Below are positions 13,601 to 25,011 of a DNA stretch of 54,296 nucleotides, piece by piece. The number at the start of each line of letters is the position of its first letter. Within the stretch, counting starts at the first letter, position 1. Origin of the DNA: Callorhinchus milii (lineage: Eukaryota); assembly GCF_018977255.1 (NCBI RefSeq), contig NW_024705327.1, forward strand, positions 1 through 54,296, in the 5' to 3' direction. A program made the translations under genes and the position numbers. The notes beneath the pieces were generated by a model. The model was not told the origin of the DNA, made no database searches, and worked only from the letters and a program-made list of their open reading frames with translations.

Positions 13601-15600
13601 AACAACGCGCATCGGAGAGGCCCTGCCGTTCTGTTTAATGAAGGGGCCTGGGGTAAAATTCCCTATAACGCTTATGAATCCATTCCCCAAATACATATCC
13701 CAACAAACCTATCTAGCACAATATTTGCTGCCGGACCTTCTGACGCTTACTTCTAGATGCCTTGGAGCTTTGTTTCTGCTAGGACCCCGCGACTCTCGTC
13801 GAGGACCAAAGGCAAAAAACGATTAACCCCGAGACAGTATCCCTTGTCTAAATTTCAGGTCACGTTACCGAACCTCGCCTATGATGGGCGGTGCCCAGCG
13901 GAGGTATTTTCAACGGAGCCGATATCACGCTTAACCAGGGTTCTGGTGTCTAACCCCTGAAGCAATCTTCCTAGTTACACAACGGGGCAATTCGAGCGAG
14001 GACGTTGGTACGCGAATGCCGCGTCTTAGGGAGGGAGCTACCCCCACGTCCACGCATACAACTTCTTTGTTCCGCGAGTCAAGCTCAGTATAGCCAGCCG
14101 GAGCCCCTCTGAAGAGCAGTAACTCCAAATTATAATGCAATTCGTGTGCGATAGGGGTAAACGAACGCGCAAAGCGCAAACGAACACAGCATCCGAATAA
14201 TAGGTCACCGTCTAGCCCAAAAGTCGTATGCTGTGGGTTGTGGACAATACAAACAATTCAGCCTGCGGGAAAAGTAGGAGGGGATTGACAATTGTGAAGA
14301 GACGCTAAGAGCTGGTGATCGGATCTGCTACCGATGTCCAACTTTGTGTACTTCCCGAAAGAATGCCCTGCGGTGAGACTAGCGATGAAGAATTGAAATT
14401 TGTATCTCAGCTTTTTCAAGTTTAGCTCAGAATATGGGGAGAAATGAGCAAGGACCATTCAGAGTTACATGTCCGGTCCCATGCGCAGCCTGCGGCCGCC
14501 GCGGGCCCCTCATTGACAAAGCACGGGCAGGAGGCCGCAACCGGGACGCTTTGACTAAGGCAGTACAGTGCTAAATACTGTTCCGCCGGGGCAGGAAGCT
14601 ACGTGTGACTTGAGATTGACTTTCTTGCTAATCTACAAGACGATTATCCTTTCATAACAATCGAGATGTCAGCAGTTCCAAGAGCCTAATCGATGCTTTG
14701 TAAACCCATATTGGAGGCGTGTATAACTACTTTGATCCGTGATTGTTACAGGTCCATGTCCATGCTGCCACACCGTCGCCTGCGGGAGGATACCCGCGCA
14801 CCCGCTTGCATAACGAGAATTTCCCGGGAGTGGCTGGGGCACGAGGGTCCCACCTAATCATTTAACGCAGTTCTAGCTTCAAGGCTTGGGTACAAAACGT
14901 TGGATAATCCGGCTAGGTACACACTATGCTGTTTCGGTTATTATTTAGTGAAAACTAAGTCAGTTAAATGACGACATCGGAGGGTAGAGCACCTAAACAA
15001 CCGGTGTACTCAATGATTGCTATCCGAAAACAGTACAATACCAGTGGAACAAAGTGGAGCCAGACGCGACGAAATCTGTAATACTTCGGATCATATCGGC
15101 CCGACTAAGTTCTGCACATCCACACGCCACAACTACTGTAACGTTACCATTGCCAAAGAATACGGCTCGGGGCATGGTACACCTATGTCTCCGGGGCGTC
15201 GTACTCAGAGCGTACGCTTCCCATCCGCGGTACAGGTTCCGCTGTTCCCGGTTATTACCAACGGTGCTAGTTTTTTCCAATGACAATGTCATAACAATCG
15301 TGGCAGAGTGTGCTGCGGTTATCATCCCATATGAACCACGATCAAGGGTCAAAATCGCCGCCCACTGCTCCATTGGAAAGAAGATTCAGTTTCGCCGTCT
15401 GTTATCAATACTCGGCTAGCTCACATGCGTATTCGACGAGTTGACATTCTAGTTTTTGTACCACCCTATCTGTAAGAGTGGCGAATCCGCCTTCCGTACG
15501 AATGTGAGATGCTGGAGTTGGGGGCCTAACATCCGCATTCCATTCCGAGGGGCACTTGTTTCTGTTTTTTTCATCTGCGAATCAGGATATTCAATAGGGG
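1642..15600. other. ~14-kb featureless random-like segment (probably shuffled, synthetic or foreign; no supportable genes; boundaries approximate)
   Basis: Roughly even base composition by eye against AT-rich flanks; frequent CpG, TA and CTAG; none of the repeat families dense elsewhere in the window; longest ORF 158 aa with no recognisable motif. Confidence 0.7.
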
Positions 15601-16008
15601 TCCGGCTTAAATTCCCAGTCACGGGGCTTTCTCCGCCCCTAGGCAAGCCTCCTTCTCGGCCCTTCCAGAGGCCCCTGGAACCGGTCCCGGGGTCCCCCAG
15701 CCCCCCTTTTTGGGGGCCCCACCCCCGGTACCTCCGGCCACCAGCCCTCCGGGTTGATCCGGAGTGCCATGGCCTCATGTCACCCCTGTGCCGCTCCAGG
15801 CGCTCTCGCCCCCTAGCCTCCAGGGGCTGACACTGCACGCGGAGTGCAATGTCGCACAACTGCTGTGCTGTAGGTGGTGTGAGCAGCGTGTCTCCTGCTC
15901 CACACACAGGCCGGTCTTACGTGGCATGCAGTGGCATCCACCGATGCCACTGCACATGTAAGCATTTGCTCAGCACATGCATGTGTTATGGGATGCGTTT
16001 ACCAGGCA

Positions 16009-17018
16009 TCAGAGGTGGGGCCTTACCATCAGCCCCACCAAAACTAAGCACCTGCCTGGGTATTTTGTACCATCGGACACTCCACCCCCACAACTCCCAA
16101 TCGGTGATGGGGAAGTTGTGGAGAGAGTGGAGAGTTTCCCATACCTGTGCAGTGTGCTTATGACCGGCTCCAGTTTAACAGCAGAGGTCTCACTCCGAAT
16201 CAGTCGAGCGGCAATATCTTTTCATCGGTTGCGTAACGCTGTGTGGAAGCTACCTGGTCTGTCGCTCCGCACGAAGCTTCAGGTCTTCTCGGCCACGGTC
16301 ATTCCCTCCCTTCTCTACGCTTGCGAAACGTGGACCCCCCTAATGGAGCATCTTCGCCGGTTGGAAACATTTAGGCTGGCCTGCCTACGATCCATCCTGG
16401 GTTTAACCAGGCTGGATTGTGTGAGGAGCTCACAAATCCTTGAAAGATCTGGGCAAAGTCCCATCGGTGAGCTCCTCCGGCAGGCAAGGCTGCGTTGGCT
16501 GGGTCATGTAGCCCGCATGCCCAGCCACCGCATGCCTAAACAGCTTTTGTTCGGCCGGATCGAGGGGGCTAAACGGGCGTGGCACGGGCTAGAGAAGAGA
16601 TGGAGTGATGTGGTACAGGAGGACGTGGAGCTGAGTGGACTTGCCGATGACTGGTACCAGCGGTGTCAAGATCGGCCTCAGTGGAGGAGGCTCGTGAAGG
16701 ACGCTACTGGGCAGTTGGAGGCAGTCGCCCTACAACAACAACGGAGGGCGGAGGAGCGACGCTCACAACAACGAGCGGAGCGCCGGGTGGCTAAAGCACA
16801 GCAAGTTGGTACAGTAGGGGGCAAAGGTGGTGCATCAGCCAGTCATCTCGGTCATCTCGGTCAGTCGACCCGTGGCACCTGCTGGGTCTGCCCCGTGACC
16901 TCCTGCCAGCGGGCGTTCGACACTTCACGTGGCCTCAAGGTGCACTTGGCCTGGCACAAGCATCGTGGTGACGTCACCGCCACTTAGTGGCGAATGGCGG
17001 TTGTTGTTGGTGTTGTTT
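16009..17018 (+). mobile_element. 5'-truncated RTE-like non-LTR retrotransposon: RT C-terminus and C2H2 zinc finger, with (GTT)n tail
   Basis: ORF 15977-16987 contains WGLTISPTKTK, VESFPYLCS, EVSLRISRA, LLYACETW, RLRWLGHVARM and CPVTSCQRAFDTSRGLKVHLAWH. Tail GTTGTTGTTGGTGTTGTT follows; possible short TSD GTTTACCA (15997-16004 and 17015-17022). Confidence 0.9.
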
Positions 17019-18180
17019 ACCAAGGTTACACCTCTCCTAGGACATGTTAACCACATCCGGAAGTATCACCCAATGTGTAGTATGCAGGTAGTATACTACA
17101 CATGATATTCTCAAAGAGAAAAGCATTAATCATTATCAACAGCAAGGCTGGAGTTAAAGAAAATTCGTCAGAAAAATCGGAGCAACCAAGGCTAAATAGA
17201 CGCCGCATTTCTCATAAATCTGGGGACATTCACAATTGCGAGACACGTGCTGAGCGGTATTTCCAGTCGTTAAAACGTATTGCAAATGTATTTTGATATT
17301 GCCGACTTGATTGCAGCAGATTTAAATGCCTATAATATTTCCCCCCCCATTAACATTTTCCAAATGCTTTCGGAAAATAATTTCCTTACACAAATCACTG
17401 ACTATGACCCTGAACCACATTTAGATGCTGAATTATTAATAGATAGATGCAATCAAACAAGTGCTGTTCGACACATGTCAGCAACTCTTGTGTTAAATCC
17501 AACATTGTATTATTCTTTCTACAGCCATTGTACAAATACTAAGTAGATGCTACTTATAAATATATATATTATGGCGTGATGAAAGCACATCAAGCGAATA
17601 ACTAGGTCTCCTGGATTTATAAATAAATAAAGATGCAAAAATATCCACTTACAATAATGAACAGCTAAGTGCACATTGGGTATGTAAAAAACAGATATGC
17701 CTGCTTAAAGCAGGAAGCTATAAAAGCTGGCACAGCATATAAAAGGGCTGATATAGGCAGCCTAATGCCTTTCTCTGTATCCAGCTTTCTACTGCCACAT
17801 ACAGTATGTGTATATGCTGATCTGACCGAGAAGAGGTCAATGCCAGATTTAGACTCATTACAGCTGGGTGGAGTGGTGCACCCCTATAATCCTGAGCTTG
17901 AGGGGCTAAGTTGATAGAACTCAAAGCAGTTTGAAACCCCCAAACTTGCTCTGCTGTAAGATGGCTAGTTGATGGCAGTACAGAAAGTAGGTTTATTAAC
18001 TCCTCTATATGGTTCTGTTGGTGTTCTCCTTGTGTGGTTTTTCTTCGTGTACTTTTTTTACCAAATTCAAAACACTAACGCACAAAGAATTGGCAAAGTG
18101 ACGACACACCCCAATGTGAAACTCTTGAAAAATCGTGAGACTCAGTGACTCCTTGCTAGAAAACTCAATCACATAATTAT

Positions 18181-18310
18181 TAGGGCTGTAACAATTCACC
18201 CACTGTGAGATTTGATAATTATCTGTCATGATTCAGCGTTGATTCTATTTCGAGAGTCCAATACGTACAGGGTATGCGAATCAACAATTCTATTTCCTGC
18301 TCGCATGATT
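18181..18310 (+). mobile_element. Degenerate hAT-like non-autonomous DNA transposon end
   Basis: Starts TAGGGCTGTAACAATT with GATT/AATC subterminal motifs, similar to the terminus at 30793-30807; no partner end or TSD found. Confidence 0.35.
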
Positions 18311-18998
18311 CTAAGCATACATTGCGAGCACCGAGGATCAGTTTTAACCCATAAACCGGCACGTTGTTACACCTGGGTTTGTTTTCACCATCTCCCATGA
18401 TGCAATGGATAGCGATCGATAAAGAGAGCACATGCCCATCAGCTTTGGTCCCATTTTTAAATCCTTTATATTAAGTTCGCGTGCTTGCTTGCGTGCTTGC
18501 TTGCTTACGACCGTGCAAATCTTTGGGTCGTTTTTTAACACACTTCCCGTGATCCAATCGAGCTGACATTTTCCACACAGACTCGTTGTGCGTGACAATT
18601 AATTTTCGTGAAAAAACATTTCCAAAATTTTACACTGTTTAGAGAATTTTTTTAATATTTAATTACTAATTGCTTAATGCTGGCAGACAATCATCTGACC
18701 CATAGGTGGCAGCCATCTCAAGCCAGAGGACGAGAGGACTCTAGCCGCCACGCATATAAAGGATTTAGAGTGAAAAACTTTGTTTTTACGGGTAAATTTT
18801 TTGTGATTTGTTTACCTTTCCTATACTTTGCACTTCTATCGCGTTTTTGTTTCGTTTGTTGTGATAACTTTCCAACCCGACCCAATTGGACATCTGTGAA
18901 AAAGAGCTTTATATACTCATCAGATTCATCTGATTCCAGTGCCTGCTATGCATGTGGCCTGTGGGCCTACCCAACCCCCCCTCCCTCCCGGTGCGTAC

Positions 18999-19225
18999 CG
19001 GCGCGGGGTTCTGCGGCAGCGTATAGCTGGGCAGGATCTTGAGCACGACGCTGCCTGTGGCCTCGCGCAGGTAGCGCTGCAGCCCCACGGGTCATTGCTG
19101 ACGTCACGGCCGTTAACCTCGCGGATGACGTCGCCCACGTGCAGGAGGCCCTGCTGGTCGATCATGCCGCCCCGCAGGATGCGCGCGATCACCAACTCGT
19201 TGCTCTCCACGCGGAACGTGACGCC
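18999..19225 (-). CDS. MPP6: MPP2/MPP6-like exon (PDZ): GVTFRVESNELVIARILRGGMIDQQGLLHVGDVIREVNGRDVSNDP-/-LQRYLREATGSVVLKILPSYTLPQNPAP; apparent 1-nt deletion in the G run at 19083-19086
   Basis: AG acceptor at 19227-19226 and GT donor at 18998-18997. Strong PDZ similarity to MPP2/6; length is 227 nt (3n-1). Confidence 0.92.
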
Positions 19226-19980
19226 CTGGTGGGTGGCATGCATGCGCAAACACCATGTGCACTGTTTAATTAAATCTTTTAAGAAAATATATTTCTGCTG
19301 GCTTTATTTGGAGAGGTCTCAAAGTGAAAAACCTACCCAGGCCAGGGTGATTTGTTCAATGCAAAATCATTTAAATTTCGCTTGAGGGTTGCCTCAGCCC
19401 ATCATCTCCCCACGGACAATACAAAGAGTACTACTTTGTGAATGAAAAAGTGGTTGTCCTCTTGTAAGAATGTCTCCACCATGGGTAGTGGGCTTTTGAA
19501 AGCTGCCTTCGGGAGTCCATTGGAGAGGAACACCAGCACAATGCGTTATTGAGCATGAAGATATGGGCTGTTATGACAAAGACAACATGAAATATAAAAA
19601 AGCCCATCATTGCCAAGTATTTAATTGTTTTATTACAAGAAATGCAAACACTGGCCCTTTCAGAGGAATGTGGAATTTCAACCATTGATTTAGGTCCACC
19701 AAAACAGAACAGCACTACCCAATGCTCTTTTGAGCAGAGATGCCAACCCCTTTCATGTTGCTTCCTTGCTAAGAAAAAAAAATGCTTGCCCGAGATACAA
19801 AAAATGACCTATTTTTTGTTACAACAAAAGATATGTGCGTTGAACTTCTTTCGCGCTGTACTTTGCGAACCGTGCTAATTGGAGGTGCGGGGGGGGCTAC
19901 AAATTAAACACAAAAAGCAGTTCCAAAGAAATGACATTGCAGCAGCTCTACGACTCGCGCGGTGAGTGTGTCGCACCTAC

Positions 19981-20144
19981 CAGGGGCTCTCCCTCCATCT
20001 TGCGAATCCCGACCATGCGGATGGCGTCTGTCACTCCCGACTCGAGTGCGCCGAGCTCATCGCCGCTGTCCGCGTTGAGGTGCGGGCTGCACGGGAGCAC
20101 TCGTAGCTTTTGGAGGCCACCGAGTCATGGGCTCCCAAAAGCGA
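19981..20144 (-). CDS. MPP6: MPP2/MPP6-like exon (end of L27C and linker to PDZ): SLLGAHDSVASKSY(E)-VLPCSPHLNADSGDELGALESGVTDAIRMVGIRKMEGEPL; apparent 1-nt deletion near 20100
   Basis: AG acceptor at 20146-20145 and GT donor at 19980-19979. Both ends match MPP2/6 (SLLEAHD.VASK.Y; DAIRMVGIRK..GEPL) but in different frames; length is 164 nt (3n-1). Confidence 0.88.
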
Positions 20145-20742
20145 CTGGCATTGTCGAGCAAGGAGAGGCAAAGTAGGCGTTTGCATATTTATGGATTAAT
20201 TACCTCATTTATTATACCTGCTGTGTTTGCTGTCCCCCCGTCAATGTACCGTCATAGAAACGCAGCCTTAGGGGTGGGTAATCAGCATCCACAAAGAGGA
20301 CACGACTGTTAGGGGCACCACAAGTGTTTTTTTTACCTGATTTTACCGACCCATTAAAGAGCATGCACATAATGAACAACACAAACACATATGGCTTCCA
20401 TGGTGGATAAGAAATTACAGCAACGACAGGGTTGCTACAAGACAATGACCTTTTAAGAGGCACTAAATGATGTTGCCATAGGAAAGATGCTGAACTGAAT
20501 CACGATTAACTGAAAAATTCTCAGGAGATAAAATGCTGCACATTTTGGTATTAAGCGAGTACTCAGTTAGCTAAGAGGTACAATGGTTGTGACACAATCC
20601 AGAATCAGAATATGTATTTATACTGCAGGAATCTAATGAGCTCCAGACTCCAAAGCTCTTTTTACAGATGTCCAGTAGGGGCGGATTAGAACATTACAAC
20701 ACAAACAATTCAAAAACACTATACGAGTGCAAAATATAGGAA

Positions 20743-21031
20743 AGGTAAACAAGCCCACTGAGGTAGTGACTTATTTTTCAGAAGCGACCTGGCCACAAAT
20801 TATATCTCAACAAAGTGGCCCATCATTTTCACATTTAAAGCACCAAAATAATCAAATAATCTCAATGCATGTTTCTAAATATGGAGGGGAAAAAGCGGAG
20901 GACTCAGAGAAAAAATCCACGCAACCGCGGGAAGGGAGAGACATGCAAACTCCAAATGTACAGGCGTCAGGGTCGGGGTCAAACCCAAGCCCTCCTGCAT
21001 ACCAGGCGAGGAAGATAACATCACGCCACCA
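20743..21031 (-). mobile_element. tRNA-derived V-SINE-like element (near full length)
   Basis: Minus strand has an A/B-box-like head (TGGTGGCGTGATG...GGGTTTGACCCCG) and the V-core GGAGTTTGCATGT. Its 3' part GCCACTTTGTTGAG.TATAATTTGTGGC...CTCAGTGGGC is shared with 44006-44122 and 47025-47325. Confidence 0.75.
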
Positions 21032-21047
21032 TTAAAAAATGCCCAAC

Positions 21048-21200
21048 CTGAAAGTGGGGCTCCTGGAGGATGGTGGCGAGCTCAGCAGCACTGTTGTCTC
21101 GCTCCGTCATCGGGGAGATGTCCTCCAGGATCTCCTGGACCAGCTCTAGGTTGTTCTCGCTCACCGCTTCGAGCTTGGGTTCCTCAAGCTTGCCCTGAGC
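21048..21200 (-). CDS. MPP6: MPP2/MPP6-like exon (L27C): AQGKLEEPKLEAVSENNLELVQEILEDISPMTERDNSAAELATILQEPHFQ
   Basis: 153-nt open exon bounded by AG (21202-21201) and GT (21047-21046); motifs KLEAV..NNLELV.EIL and ILQEPHFQ typical of MPP2/6. Confidence 0.92.
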
Positions 21201-22964
21201 CTGTGTATGGCGTGAAGTGGGTGGAGACGGCAGGCAACACCAGGAGGAGGAGTTAGAGGAGTAAGACATTCCAGAGTGCACACGTGTGAGATTCTATTTG
21301 AAGCATGGGGCAAAGAGTTAAGTGGCATTACAGCAAGATTATATAAGTGTTTTATAGTATCAGTGGCAGTTGAACCATATTGAGAAGGGAATAACATCGG
21401 CCTTTTCACTGGCTAGTCACTTACAACCTAAACAATGGAGGTCTGAGCAGCTACTCTAAACATCATTGCCAGAATCAGCCATTGTCTATCCACTGCTGGA
21501 TGAACCTTCTCCACACCATAACCATTTAGATACAATCTCTCTGCTGCACGAGCCAATCTCCACTTCTGCAGTGATCATCCTCCGATTATCACAGTTTCAT
21601 ACGTACCCCTCACCTCCGATAGGCACAGTTGGCTACGTGTGGTGCGAAAGAAGTAAAAAAAACGAACACTGTCTGTTTTGGCTGCCATTCTGTCATCAGT
21701 CTTGACCACTGGCCATTATCCAATCCATGTGTCCTGCGCAAGCCAACTTATTTTTTTAACCACCAACATGATCTCCCCGAATTTTATTTGTTCAATGACT
21801 CGTGTAGTCTTCTTTCTGCATCAGCGTAATTCCAATCGTGGAACTCACAATGCTTCTGTACGCTTTTCAACAGTTTTGTCCCATATTCCTTGTCACTGTG
21901 TTACATTTCTGATCCATGTCATAGCTTGTGATACGAAGTTGTTGAAAACCTATTTTTCTTCGGTAACATCGTAATACCACTTTTCGAAATCAAATTCAGT
22001 TTCCCAAAACCGCTCAGTCATGCTCTTATTCACGTCATCATTTCGATCCTGATGCATCTTAGCTAATCGCCCTCGTTATACACATTATGCTGTGCATTCC
22101 AGTTATGTCCTTCCGAAAATTATTTTATTTAGCCAACTTGTTGTATGTGACTTTATGGTGCTCATGTTTGTTGACTTTCAACACATACTATTATATTTTT
22201 GATGTCTAAAATGTCAAAGTGAAGTAGGAGGTTAACGGTTATATTATTTACACATCTTAAACATCCCAGGTATATGCTTTGTGTTAGTGTGCCATGTTGA
22301 ATTAAATCCCAAAAAAAAGCCTTAGTTTGAAAGACACATGTGATATTTTTACGAATTTTAGGACTTACATAAAGTCTGAATTATACAAAGGGTCAGTGCA
22401 TTTGAGGGCAAGAGTCGTCAATTATTTATGAAGGATAAACCGGTTTAACAAGACTACCAACTCTGTCATAGTTGCCTGAAGCTGAAGACGCCAGGTATGA
22501 ATTGCACAAACCTTGCCATTTCCTTGGTTGACAGGGACGTATGGCTAATACTCAAATAATATACCCTTGAAAATGGAAATAATGGCTGTAAAATGTAGAC
22601 AAAAGTCTGCCAACATAAATGAAAATATAAAAACCTAGCCTGCTCTTAACCAACCTCCTGGTAGATATAGGTGTATGAATGATATCATGTTGCGTTTACT
22701 CAGGCCATGATCAACTTGTCGTTATAACAATGTTCAAGCTTCCTGAAAGACCCACGTAAATAAAATAATTACGGATGTTACCATCGTCTCTACCAAATTG
22801 GCAAATTAAAATGTCTTCTTCTTACTTATTTCGAAAGGTGGCATTTTCCCAAGTTGATATAAGAATTGAGTGTGATACTGCATATATTTTAATATTCAGC
22901 TGTAAAATTCCCATTGTCGTAAATGCGTTTGGGAATATTTGTACTGTAATAAAACTCCACCAAC

Positions 22965-23081
22965 CTTGGCCAGACACTGCACCACGGGGCTCTCCATGAG
23001 GCCTTTCAGGAAAATGAGGTCAGTCTCCTTGGCGCTGGCAGTGCGGGGCATGTCCGGAAATGTCTTCAGCACCTGCTCCAT
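22965..23081 (-). CDS. MPP6: MPP2/MPP6 (PALS2)-like MAGUK, first visible coding exon (L27N): MEQVLKTFPDMPRTASAKETDLIFLKGLMESPVVQCLAK
   Basis: Translation resembles the MPP6/MPP2 N-terminus (MQQVL...DLIFLKGIME.PIV.SLAK). Upstream acceptor ACAG/CAG at 23090-23084; donor GT at 22964-22963; 117 nt from the ATG, phase 0. MPP2 vs MPP6 cannot be resolved by eye. Confidence 0.88.
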
Positions 23082-23940
23082 GGCTGCTGTGCGACACACG
23101 GAGAAAGGGGGCCATGAACCACATTACCACATTTGGGTCAGACGCCATGACACACCATCCAGCTATGCATGTTATTGCTTGGAGAAAGTTTGCATTCATA
23201 TAGCGCATCCACTGGTTGTTATTCATTCGTCAAGCATAGCCAGCGAAGGAGCGTTGCACCAAACGTGTAACCTCTTGCAACAGCGTTGGCATAAAATGCT
23301 CTTGCTGTCATACACCGGTGTCGAGAAATTTGTTTTATCCACTAATCACGGGGACTGCGCCATTCCTTTGAGGGTCGCAGTCCACTTTGAACGCCAACTG
23401 TCAACTGAAGTGTTATGCATTCACGAATTAGCTCTCCCTACTGTTGGCCAAAGTCAAATCTGTTCACAGCGACGTATTTATTTTATTCATTAAACAAAAA
23501 AATAACGATACAATCGGTGAACCTTTGCCTTTGGATGCCTCGGTAATCCACATGCACTGCGAGTGGTTTCTCCTGGTTTATTACATTGATTTAACATTTA
23601 CTTTACAATAAATTGTTTATTTCCATCATAAAATGTCCCTTTCACATTTAGTGAACTTCACTTTTTTACTTCTACTTCATGGTGATTGTGATGCAGGTTA
23701 AACTGGTAATGTTTGAAGAGTTATTGAATGGTAAGTATAGTTATTTAGAAATTATTGACTTACTTTCAGGCTTCTGGACATCTCCCACAGCAGAATTTTT
23801 TCTCTGCCCAAATTTGCCCAGCTTCAAGAGCTTTAACTGCATTGTGATTTGGAGCATTGCTTGTAAGACGTTTGTGTCTGGTATATTACTAGAGTTGTAT
23901 ATTGCTTATTATTTGCCAATTTTAAAATAAAGCAACAATG

Positions 23941-24021
23941 TTCTTGGGTTTTTTACCTGCGTGACTTTACCGAAAAAACCCAAGAATATGAATCCGTGCA
24001 GTCACGAAAGCTTCAAATCTA
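23941..24021 (+). mobile_element. Ultra-short Penelope pLTR insertion with 14-bp inverted 5' piece and 12-bp TSD
   Basis: TSD AAAGCAACAATG at 23929-23940 and 24022-24033. TTCTTGGGTTTTTT is the reverse complement of AAAAAACCCAAGAA; tail ATGAATCCGTGCAGTCACGAAAGCTTCAAATCT. Confidence 0.88.
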
Positions 24022-24771
24022 AAAGCAACAATGACCTGATAATTATTCAAGTAGCATAGTGCACAGACTATATGCACTTGACAGTTAAATGGAATGAGCT
24101 AATAAATTCAAAGAGAGAGAGTTTACCAACACTTTCCTATGGAGTTTTTATAGATGAATACCTAACGCAGCACGCGGCCTACACTAAAAGCTTTTAGAGC
24201 ATTGACGTAAACGGAGAGTGATGGAATTCCCTTTGACAATTAAATACAACGGTTGAATGGATACACAATGCTTACGGCTGGAAGTTGTAAAAGTGCTACT
24301 TCAAATAACGCTTGCACTTCTTATAAACAAATCAAGAATGTTATGTAAATGTTATGCTTGAAATAATTGGTATTTTCCATGATACACACGAGAATAAATT
24401 AAGTGACGTCTTTGGATGTGGTAGAATTATTTTCAAATTGGTGGCTGATAAAATAACTCAAGCAAATTAAACATGTGGTGATTTTATGAGTAGATTCTGA
24501 GGAAAAGGACATGGTGAAAAAAACCGAACTATAACTTCCCAGGCCTTGTAACCTTTCGGATGATTTGATGTTCCAGGAACATATGCCAATTCATGTCAAA
24601 AGGAACTTGCCAATTACCTCGTGCAGAGTGTGACTACAGGAGGTCAAGTCTCCCTTTTTTATACTGGTTCACTTGAAACCAACACAAAGGAGCTGTAGAA
24701 ACGGAAAAGGAATATTGTGCAAAGGAAGGCTTTGAAATTGAGGAGAGAGATAAGAGAGTGTGAGTGTAGAC

Positions 24772-24946
24772 CAGGGGTCGGCAACCTACGGCTCCGGAGC
24801 CGCATGCGGCTCTTTACGGGCTGCTTCTTGACGATATGTACGTATGTACAGTATGTACTCAGATGCATTGCGGCTCTTGAAATACTGAATTTTTTACCGA
24901 ATTGGAAAGAAATGGCTCTTCTTGTTATTTTGGTTGCCGACCCCTG
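24772..24946. mobile_element. hAT (Charlie-like) MITE, 175 bp
   Basis: 15-bp TIR CAGGGGTCGGCAACC / GGTTGCCGACCCCTG; perfect 8-bp TSD GTGTAGAC (24764-24771 and 24947-24954). Confidence 0.95.
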
Positions 24947-25011
24947 GTGTAGACAATCAACAGGTTTCATATTTCCCTGAAAATGCGATTAACAAAAAAA
25001 AAATAAAGCAT

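Noticed and set aside
1926..15419. About 40 short ORFs (60-158 aa) as a possible novel operon or viral genome
   Set aside because: Sizes, overlaps and amino-acid composition look like chance ORFs; no domains, no consistent strand or gene-like packing.
15449..15961. G/P-rich ORFs over the GC-rich patch at 15.6-15.8 kb
   Set aside because: Low-complexity C/G runs explain the lack of stops; no homology, and it is unclear whether this patch is natural sequence.
22939..23493. 184-aa plus-strand ORF
   Set aside because: Overlaps the MPP L27N exon in antisense and has no recognisable motif.
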